Source of the DNA: Eubacteriales bacterium
GTDB lineage: Bacteria; Bacillota; Clostridia; Oscillospirales; CAG-272
Reading direction: 5' to 3'
DNA: 64,000 bases
Assembly (NCBI GenBank): GCA_034101145.1
Contig: JAXEKG010000004.1
Coordinates: 40,987-104,986, forward strand
Each line of letters begins with the position of its first letter. Position 1 is the stretch's first letter. Under the pieces are notes generated by a model. That model was not told where the DNA came from. It did not search any database and was given only the letters and a program-made list of their open reading frames with translations. A program made the position numbers and the translations under genes. Below are positions 9,366 to 16,621 of the stretch, piece by piece.

Positions 9366-9707
9366 ATGCAATCTAAAAAACAGTTGATCTTGTGGGTTTT
9401 AAATGTGCTCAATAACGAGAGCGATGCAAACACCCCGATTACACAAACCAAAATCGCAGATATAATTTCGGATATGTTCCCCTGTGATAGAAAAACGGTT
9501 AGCCGTAACATTAAGCACCTTCAAGAGATGGGATATCCCATAAAGAAAACAAGCAAAGGATTCTACATGGAACGACGAGTTTTTTCTATCGAGGAGATTA
9601 ACTTTATTAAATCTGCGATATTGGAATCAAAAAGCAAAGATGATACCGAGAAAACGGTACTTGCTGAAAAGGTATCGGATATTCTAAACAAAATGTATCA
9701 GAGGTAA
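9366..9707 (+). CDS. stand-alone winged-HTH protein resembling the N-terminal domain of WYL/BrxR-type regulators
   Basis: TAGGAGGT RBS. The pattern PCDRKTVSRNIKHLQEMGYPI..KGFYM..FSIEEINFIKSAI parallels the N-terminus of the WYL relic at 13369..13626. Confidence 0.6.
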   Translation: MQSKKQLILWVLNVLNNESDANTPITQTKIADIISDMFPCDRKTVSRNIKHLQEMGYPIKKTSKGFYMERRVFSIEEINFIKSAILESKSKDDTEKTVLAEKVSDILNKMYQR

Positions 9708-9719
9708 AAGAGGTAAAAT

Positions 9720-10115
9720 ATGAGTTTATCCTTAGATGAATTTGTCGAGGCTCACAAAGCTTGGGAAAAGATGGGCGAAAGATTAAATAGGCTTATTGGT
9801 TTTAATCCTGCAACGAGCAACCATTACGGCATTATTCAACTTTATAATCAAAGAATTAATCTTAGCACTTCAGACGAAAGGATTATTGAGATTCGCTCCA
9901 AATATCTTGAGTGGAAAAATAAAGTGTTAGATGTCTTTGTCCAAAATAGTGTTTTCTATAGCACGGAAGAGTTAAATAAGCTGTTTAGAGTGGATTGTAT
10001 GTACGGAACATTATACTTTTTAGATTCTCCTGTTGATGCTTATGGAGAATTTGAACCGACTTTAGAAAGAATTAAACGATATATTGAAAAAGAATATACT
10101 GAGCAATACAATTAA
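9720..10115 (+). CDS. hypothetical protein (131 aa)
   Basis: ORF begins 12 nt after the previous stop, with an AGAGG RBS. Same strand and operon context. No motif recognised. Confidence 0.5.
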   Translation: MSLSLDEFVEAHKAWEKMGERLNRLIGFNPATSNHYGIIQLYNQRINLSTSDERIIEIRSKYLEWKNKVLDVFVQNSVFYSTEELNKLFRVDCMYGTLYFLDSPVDAYGEFEPTLERIKRYIEKEYTEQYN

Positions 10116-10141
10116 AAAGACACTTTTGAAAGGAATTACAA

Positions 10142-10432
10142 ATGGATATTAAAAGAACGTTAACAACGATAGGCAAAAGCACTTTTGTAAAGTATTATTA
10201 CAATTTTAAACATCTTTCCACTGAAGAATGTATAGATAAATTTGAAGAATCATATACTTTAAAATCCAAAAAGAGCAGAACCGGGCATGCAAAAATGATA
10301 TTTAATCATAATATGCATTTGGAAGCTCTGCAAATTATTGCAGACTCTGAAAAAACCGATTTAAAAACATTAGAAAAAACTTTGGAAATTATGAAAAACG
10401 AATTAGCAACTTTGAAGTTTAGCAAACGCTAA
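10142..10432 (+). CDS. hypothetical protein (96 aa)
   Basis: ORF begins 26 nt after the previous stop, with an AAAGGAA RBS. No motif recognised. Confidence 0.5.
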   Translation: MDIKRTLTTIGKSTFVKYYYNFKHLSTEECIDKFEESYTLKSKKSRTGHAKMIFNHNMHLEALQIIADSEKTDLKTLEKTLEIMKNELATLKFSKR

Positions 10433-10444
10433 AACCGTATAAAC

Positions 10445-10485
10445 AAAAACGCACCTTTGTCGGTAGACAAAAGTGCGATTTTTGT
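10445..10485. terminator. hairpin T2, a bidirectional terminator shared by the 3-gene operon and ssrA
   Basis: CGCACCTTTGTC-GGTA-GACAAAAGTGCG, with A-run and T-run flanks. Contains the GGTAGACAAAAGT core. Confidence 0.65.
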
Positions 10486-10875
10486 TGGTGCATCCGAGGG
10501 GAGTCGAACCCCTGTCCGAAAATCCGTTGATACAACCTTCTTCGTGGGTAGTTACTCTTTTGGTTTTCTCCTACGGAGCACCGAGGAACAGGCTCTCTTT
10601 TGGATAGTCCTTTTATGCATGACCGATACAAGGACGAAATCTCGGTTTATGTTCACCGTTAGGTTACGCTCAGTCCGAGGCCACGGTACTCCACGGAGGA
10701 ACGGGTGGCGCAAAAGGCCACAGCACTGCCACTAATCGCCCTTACGGGCAATTAGTTAGGCAGCCATAGCAACAGTTCTGTTGTCGTTTATTATTTAAAG
10801 TTGGCATTATACGGGATTAGCCAGCCCGCCACGCTTATCATATCTCATAATCCCCGTCGAAACCATTACGGACCC
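10486..10875 (-). ncRNA. ssrA: tmRNA
   Basis: Minus-strand 5' end GGGUCCGUAAUGGUUUCGACGGGGAUUAUGAG. Tag ORF ...AACGACAACAGAACUGUUGCUAUGGCUGCCUAACUAA (...NDNRTVAMAA stop). 3' end GGACAGGGGUUCGACUCCCCUCGGAUGCACCA. The ends are approximate, and I see a G:G clash at acceptor pair 2:71. Confidence 0.85.
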
Positions 10876-10905
10876 GTCTTCCCCCACACGGGGTGGGGGA
10901 TTTTT

Positions 10906-11796
10906 TTAAGCAAAGAATATTCCGTAGCCCTCGCCTGTTTTACCGCCGTTTTTAAGGTGAGCCTTAAATGCGCGACGGAGGGAGCTGTCCTCGGGATAAT
11001 CGTCAAAATTACCCGTGTAATCCATATCGAAAAGACGCCACATATCAGCATACTGACCGGGCTTGTCGTCAAACTTGTTTATGATGTCGAATTCAAGCAT
11101 AAACTTTCTTACATTTGACTTTTCGGGAAGAATATCAAGATTATCGGGATAAAGGAGCCAGCTGCAGCAGGTAAACGCCATAGGTGTATCTCCTGTTTTC
11201 CCCTTGAAAAATTCTCTCGCCATATCAAAAGCTGCGTCATATGAGGGCTTATCAAGAGGTGTCAGGGTTCTGGGAATATGTACTCCGATTACCGTGTCCC
11301 CTGTCTTAACCGTTTTTCCGTCTTTTGTGTAATCCTTCTGGTCATATTTGCCGATTTCGAACTGCAATCTGCCAAGGGCAAATCTTGTAAGGTTGAAAAA
11401 TCCGGGGAACCACCTCGCAACAAATGAGCCCCACATATTTTTAACCGCCTTACACTCAAAAAGCTTGTATTTAAGGTCCAGCATACTGTTGAACCAGATG
11501 CTCTCATCAATATTTTCAGCCTTATAAAGCTCCTTTAAGCGTTTGGAAAAGAGAATGAAAATAAGAAGCTCGCTTTTGAAGTGATGAACTCCGCATTTTT
11601 TCTCCATTTCGGGTGTGGATTTAAAAATCACGCCGTAATCAAGATTGATGTTTTCCTCGTAAAGACCTACAAGTCTGTCAAGCTCCGTCTTGCACTCGTC
11701 ATTCGCAACCAATGTATCATAGGCTTCAATAAGCTCAGCCTTAGCCTCTACGGGGTAATCAAATTTATCTAAAAAATCAACTACATACTCTCTCAT
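10906..11796 (-). CDS. conserved hypothetical protein (possibly a two-domain acyltransferase-like family; unverified)
   Basis: 296-aa uninterrupted ORF. Its start overlaps the smpB stop (ATGA). The functional guess rests only on recollection of similar 'acyltransferase domain-containing' annotations. Confidence 0.55.
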   Translation of the reverse strand: MREYVVDFLDKFDYPVEAKAELIEAYDTLVANDECKTELDRLVGLYEENINLDYGVIFKSTPEMEKKCGVHHFKSELLIFILFSKRLKELYKAENIDESIWFNSMLDLKYKLFECKAVKNMWGSFVARWFPGFFNLTRFALGRLQFEIGKYDQKDYTKDGKTVKTGDTVIGVHIPRTLTPLDKPSYDAAFDMAREFFKGKTGDTPMAFTCCSWLLYPDNLDILPEKSNVRKFMLEFDIINKFDDKPGQYADMWRLFDMDYTGNFDDYPEDSSLRRAFKAHLKNGGKTGEGYGIFFA

Positions 11797-12261
11797 CAGT
11801 CTTCTCCTTTACCTTTTGTAACTCTTTCGATGGTTCTCTCCGCGCTTCTCTTTGCATCGCTTTCCCGCTTGTCATAAAGCTTTTTACCCTTGCATAGACC
11901 GAGTTCAACCTTCACCCTGGAGCCTGAGAAATACAAGGATAAGGGGATTAAGGAATATCCGTCACGCATAACACTTCCGTTGAGCCTCATAATCTCCTTC
12001 TTGTGCATAAGAAGCTTTCTTTCTCTCATCGCATCACGGTTAAAGGCGTTACCCTTCTCATAGGGGCTTATGTGTATGCCGATTGCATATAGCTCTCCGT
12101 CATAACTCTGCAATAGGAATCCTTAAGATTAACCTGACCTACCGCAGGGATTTAACCTCATTACCGAAAAGGGCGATACCCGCTTCGTACTTTTCCATAA
12201 CGAAATAGTCGTGAAACGCTTTCCTGTTTTGCGCGATATTTCTTGGCGCTTTTTTCTCCAT
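11796..12261 (-). pseudogene. smpB: SsrA-binding protein SmpB, reading frame broken twice
   Basis: RBS AAAGGAG plus the ATG at 12261 gives [40 protein letters not shown], then TAG at 12139-12141. GQVNLKDSYCRV is readable only in a second frame. DGELYAIGIHISPYEKGN...KGKKLYDKR (11796..12113) is in a third frame. Confidence 0.75.
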
Positions 12262-12385
12262 ACGGGCTCTCCTTTCTCATTACCTTCTTCTATTTTTAGT
12301 CCAGCAAAGACGCGTTTATTATAAATACCAAGTTCGTGGTTTTGAATTTGCGGAATTTTATGGAACGAATAGACGCTGATCTCCT

Positions 12386-12640
12386 CTAGATATGTTGATT
12401 CGAATTTTGATTGTGATGATACATTGTGTTCTGAGAAAATCTTCGAAGTTTATCGTAATAACTATTGAATATTTCCGTTGCAACCGTGAATGCTCCTGGA
12501 TTATCATCAGAAAAATCCATCGCCAATAGTTGTTTTCTCATAGGTATATACTCATGATCATATAGCTGTTGCAAGAGTTCTGCCAGTCCACTGTAATTAG
12601 ATTCAATTTTGCTTTTAAGATTGTTCTCATGTACGAACAT
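12386..12640 (-). CDS. hypothetical protein (84 aa)
   Basis: ORF begins 10 nt after the WYL relic ends, on the same strand. No motif recognised. It could be the remnant of a lost cargo gene. Confidence 0.4.
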   Translation of the reverse strand: MFVHENNLKSKIESNYSGLAELLQQLYDHEYIPMRKQLLAMDFSDDNPGAFTVATEIFNSYYDKLRRFSQNTMYHHNQNSNQHI

Positions 12641-12650
12641 AACGCACCTC

Positions 12651-13626
12651 CTACTGAAGTTCTGCCAGTTTGATGCTAAATTCTTGCGTTACTGTACTCG
12701 GAGATATTACGCGCATTTGTTTGCCAAACCGGAATACCCACCCCCAGAATGTCGGGCTGATTTGCACCTTAACATTTGCTACGCATTGCTCGGCGTTAAG
12801 ACGCATAATTTTTGTGTTCTCTCCGAATTTGTCGTATACTGCGCCGATGACCTTGTTATCAAACTGAAGCGTGATTTCGACTGGTTCGCCACGATACATT
12901 TTGAATGCCTGCTCGGTGTATTTGCAAACATCCTCACGCAACTAAACTGCGACCTCCGTTATTGATTCGTCGATAATTTCCACACCGCTCATTCTATCAA
13001 CGCGGTAATTTGATGTGCTGCCATGTCGTGAACTGTAGCTGACGAGATAGTAATTGTCCTCGTTGAATACGAGCGCGATCGGTTCCACTACATAATGGTG
13101 CCCGTCTCTGCGATATATCTTTCGCCGTTCTCGTTGATATCATAGTAGAGGAAAATGACCTTTTTCTGATGCTCGATGGCTTCTTCAAGGAATGCTACAT
13201 TATAATAAATTGACTCATTGCTGTGCTTACGAGTATTGAAACATACCATGTTGCTCTTGAGTATAGCGGCTTGGTTGCTACCGCCGAGAGCTGCAATTTT
13301 GCTTGTTAGCTCTGCAGTCTTCTTTTCTGTAATGAAACTTGCTGCCTGCACCGCGTCGATAAGAACTTTCAGTTCGGGAAGCTGAATGCGTGATCCATGA
13401 CATAATATCCTTTTTCATGTCCGAAGAGGCGTCCCATGACTTCGTAACCATAATCGTTGAGAATATTGACGCAACGCGACAATGTTCTTCTGTCGCAGGG
13501 AATAACTTGCTCGACGAGCCTCTGGCAAACGGTTGATGCCAGCATCGGATGATTCTCGTCGGTCTCTTGACGAAGCAATTCATATAGTTTCAATATTCTT
13601 ATAACGGAACTGTTTTCGGCAGCCAT
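12651..13626 (-). pseudogene. wHTH-WYL-WCX transcriptional regulator (BrxR/CapW-like architecture), decayed
   Basis: wHTH at 13369..13626. The frame changes near 13370 (FSFP | ELKVLIDAVQAASF). A second frame change near 13100 precedes the WYL core YRRDGHHYVVEPIALVFNEDNYYLVSYSSRHGSTSNYRVDRM. In-frame TAG at 12942-12944. WCX-like tail FWGWVFRFGKQMRVISP at 12651..12941. Confidence 0.75.
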
Positions 13627-13944
13627 GTGTTTTCCTACCGAAAAAGAATGTAGTTATACAGAATAAGAATAGCACAACTCATGCGTTTTGTAAAGGGGCA
13701 ACGGGGGCAAAATTGTCCTTGTTTTATAAACTTTGCAATTATTTTGGTTCAAATCTCTCACGACGCAATGTTTTTTGTTGTTCTTTATTTGAGCAAAGAA
13801 CGACAAAAAGTAATGTGCTTTTTAGCGCTACTGCGGGCATAAAAATAACGCTGCCACAGTCCCGATGACCGCGGCAGCGTGTGATTTTGCGTATTTTTCC
13901 TTGATTTTACCGTATTTTGACCGAAAATGTGCCGAAAATATAAA

Positions 13945-13983
13945 AAGAACGAACTTTTATCCGGTAGACAAAAGTTCGTTCTT
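13945..13983. terminator. hairpin T3 (paralog of T1 and T2)
   Basis: AAGAACGAACTTTT-ATCCGGTAGAC-AAAAGTTCGTTCTT. It differs from T1 by paired compensatory changes (GT/AC versus CG/CG). Confidence 0.6.
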
Positions 13984-13986
13984 TTA

Positions 13987-14023
13987 TGGTGCACCTTCAG
14001 GGATTTGAACCCGGGACCCACTG
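13987..14023 (-). repeat. duplicated 3' portion of tRNA-Lys (att-like scar)
   Basis: 37/37 identity with 14152..14188 (TGGTGCACCTTCAGGGATTTGAACCCGGGACCCACTG), then divergence. Confidence 0.85.
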
Positions 14024-14124
14024 TTTCAGTGGCGGCGAGCCCGCGAGGCCGCATTGAGAGTCTGTATGCGTATGCATACTTGACTCTTAATCTCGGGTCA
14101 CGAGGTACTTAAATCATAGAACAT

Positions 14125-14150
14125 AAAAAGCCTCAGACAAGTCTGAGGCC
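14125..14150 (-). terminator. terminator of tRNA-Lys
   Basis: GCCTCAGAC-AA-GTCTGAGGC hairpin immediately 3' of the tRNA, with a U-run on the minus strand. Confidence 0.65.
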
Positions 14151-14151
14151 T

Positions 14152-14227
14152 TGGTGCACCTTCAGGGATTTGAACCCGGGACCCACTGATTAAGAGTCAG
14201 TTGCTCTACCAACTGAGCTAAAGGTGC
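14152..14227 (-). tRNA. tRNA-Lys (anticodon CUU)
   Basis: Minus strand reads GCACCTTTAGCTCAGTTGGTAGAGCAACTGACTCTTAATCAGTGGGTCCCGGGTTCAAATCCCTGAAGGTGCACCA. Acceptor GCACCTT/AAGGTGC, anticodon loop CU-CUU-AA, encoded CCA. One C:U mismatch in the T-stem as I fold it. Confidence 0.85.
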
Positions 14228-14403
14228 ATATTCGATTGTTGTCCCTTGACGGAACGTTGTTATTATAGCATTATAAAAAGTAATTGTCAATAGCTTTTTT
14301 TAAAAAAAATAAAATTGTTTCTGTTTCCCTTTTATTCTTTGTTTCGGCATAAAAACGAGCCCTGCAATATGGCAAAGGCTCGTTTTTACCTGTAATTCCG
14401 ATT

Positions 14404-15720
14404 TTATTTTATATCGTTATCGTTGAAGGGATCTCCGCATTCCGGACAGAACTTCGGGGGATGCTTCGGGTCCTCCGGCTCCCATCCGCATTTGTCACAA
14501 CGATAGAGCGGTTCACCGGACGGTTTTTTTGCTCCGCAATTCTGACAGAACTTACCTTTGTTTACCGTTCCGCAGGAACATACCCATCCGGCCTCGGGTT
14601 TCTTTGCTCCGCAGTTCTGACAGAACTTGCCCGTATTCATTTCTCCGCACGAACATTTCCATTCATTCTCCGACGGAGTATTGCCTGTCTGCGTCGCTGT
14701 ATTTGCCTTGTTCTGAGCATCAATGTTGAATAACGTCTGCACGTTGTTTCCACCGACAGCGTTTGCCATATTCAGACCCATGAAGCCCATCATAGCTCCG
14801 TTGGAATTTGCGGCTGCAGCTTTCATTGCGTCTGCCTGAGCTCCTACAAGAGTTGCACCTGCCATACCCGGATTGCGCATGACGGCAGTACGCTGAAGGT
14901 CCTTTATCATCTTCTCGTCTTCTTCGGAAGCGCTGACCGAATTTATGCCGAATGAAGCTACGGCAATGCCTCTGATTTTACGCCATTTCTCCGAGAGAAC
15001 TTCGTTGAGCGCATCGGCGATCTCGTTTGTGTGACCGGGCAGTGCACTGTACCTTACGCCCATAGCGGAAATCTTTGCGAATGCAGGCTGAAGTGCAGTA
15101 AGAAGCTCTGTACGAAGCATACCGTCAAGAGAATCTCTTGTATAGGAATCCTGCACGTTTCCGCATACGTTGGTATAAAACAGTATGGGGTCTTCAATTT
15201 TATAGGAATACTCTCCGTTGCAACGAATGGATATATCAACGTCGAGCCCTATATTATTGTCAACGACTCTGAAGGGAACGGGCGTTGCCGTTCCGTATTT
15301 ATTTCCTACGATTTCCTTTGTGTTGAAATAATATACTCTCTGGTCCTTGCCTGTATCTCCGCCAAAAGTGAAACGGCGTCCGAATATCTTGAATGACTCA
15401 ATAATTCCTTTACCGAATCCACCCGTGAAAACGCTCGGCTCGGTTGAGTTGTTCCATACAAACTCACCAGCCTCCGCACAGAATTCAACGATTTTTCCCT
15501 GTTCAACTATAATCATACACTGACCGTTGTTGACGGAAATCACGGAGCCGTTCGATATTATATTATCAGAGCCGTGTTTGTTTGAAGAACGCTTTGAGGT
15601 GCGTTTCTTTCCTTTTACCATAAGGGTATCGGCGTCAAGTGAGTCACAGTAAAAGTACTCCTTCCACTGATCTCCGAGAGTGGTGTTAGCCGCAACAAGG
15701 GTTGAACGAATAAGTCCCAT
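14404..15720 (-). CDS. SPFH/Band-7 (YdjI-like) protein with three C-terminal zinc ribbons
   Basis: The N-terminal ~330 aa are YdjI-like, and a Gly/Ala/Met-rich linker follows. The tail reads WKCSCGEMNTGKFCQNCGAKKP / WVCSCGTVNKGKFCQNCGAKKP / YRCDKCGW..FCPECG. Confidence 0.72.
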   Translation of the reverse strand: MGLIRSTLVAANTTLGDQWKEYFYCDSLDADTLMVKGKKRTSKRSSNKHGSDNIISNGSVISVNNGQCMIIVEQGKIVEFCAEAGEFVWNNSTEPSVFTGGFGKGIIESFKIFGRRFTFGGDTGKDQRVYYFNTKEIVGNKYGTATPVPFRVVDNNIGLDVDISIRCNGEYSYKIEDPILFYTNVCGNVQDSYTRDSLDGMLRTELLTALQPAFAKISAMGVRYSALPGHTNEIADALNEVLSEKWRKIRGIAVASFGINSVSASEEDEKMIKDLQRTAVMRNPGMAGATLVGAQADAMKAAAANSNGAMMGFMGLNMANAVGGNNVQTLFNIDAQNKANTATQTGNTPSENEWKCSCGEMNTGKFCQNCGAKKPEAGWVCSCGTVNKGKFCQNCGAKKPSGEPLYRCDKCGWEPEDPKHPPKFCPECGDPFNDNDIK

Positions 15721-15806
15721 TTCATTATCCTCCTAAGATATGTTAAACTTTTATTTCCAATAATTCTATTGACTTCGGTTATTTTCAAACTACTGTTTTT
15801 ATACTG

Positions 15807-16607
15807 TCAGAACTTTCCGCTTCTTCCGGAATGTGAAATACTTCCGCCGCCACCTGATGATCTGCCCGATGAGGAATTATTATCCGTTTGTATGCGGACT
15901 CTCGTGCGTGTTATGTAGAGGAATATATCACTCTTTCTCTTAAGCTGAAAACTTCCGTGACGAACATAATTTCCCGCTTCGTTTCTCGCTCTTGCGGTTT
16001 TCATACGGTAACGCATGGTTAATGTAACGGCTGATGCTATGACGATACCCGCTATCGTAAAGGACAAAAACCAACCGAGGCTGAATATCGGTTTCGGAGC
16101 ATTTTGCGCCTCATTATCCTTAAAAAGATAATTCTCTGTCTCTGTAACAAAACAGTTATAAGCTCCGTAATAATCGTTATTTCTGAGATAACCGAGTGTT
16201 TTATCTTCAACCTTATCAAGTCTGGAATCCTTCAAAACCGACTGTCCGCTTCCGCATACGACGAAAGCGTAGTTTCTGTCCGCACTGACGAGCAGTATCG
16301 CGCCGTTATGTCCGTTGCCGTAACCGTAACCGTTATCACGGTAAAAATTGAAGGCAATATCCTCAGCGTTGCCGTCGCCGACACTGTCGACGGTAAGCAT
16401 AACTATATCAAAACCATACTGAGAATATATTGATTTTGACTTATTTTCAAGAGTTTCTCTCTCTGCTTGTGTAAGCAGATTTGCATTATCAACCACTCTC
16501 GGTAAAGCATCCGCAAAAGCGCAAATCGAAATTAAAGAGAAGGCAAGAAGAGTGGTGAGAAGCACAAAAAACGCCGTGGCGATTTTTCCGAAAACACTTT
16601 TTCTCAT
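15807..16607 (-). CDS. TPM-domain membrane protein (YdjH-like)
   Basis: Signal/TM segment, then a TPM pattern (VVDNANLLTQAERETLENKSKSIYSQYGFDIVMLTV), one TM segment, and a Ser/Gly-rich tail (SSSGRSSGGGGS). Confidence 0.7.
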   Translation of the reverse strand: MRKSVFGKIATAFFVLLTTLLAFSLISICAFADALPRVVDNANLLTQAERETLENKSKSIYSQYGFDIVMLTVDSVGDGNAEDIAFNFYRDNGYGYGNGHNGAILLVSADRNYAFVVCGSGQSVLKDSRLDKVEDKTLGYLRNNDYYGAYNCFVTETENYLFKDNEAQNAPKPIFSLGWFLSFTIAGIVIASAVTLTMRYRMKTARARNEAGNYVRHGSFQLKRKSDIFLYITRTRVRIQTDNNSSSGRSSGGGGSISHSGRSGKF

Positions 16608-16621
16608 ACCGTCAACCTCCC

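Noticed and set aside
13785-14112. ORFs 13785..14054 (minus strand) and 13927..14112 (plus strand).
   Set aside because: They overlap the hairpin T3 / tRNA-Lys duplicate scar and have no RBS. Their translations are low-quality read-through of RNA-like sequence.
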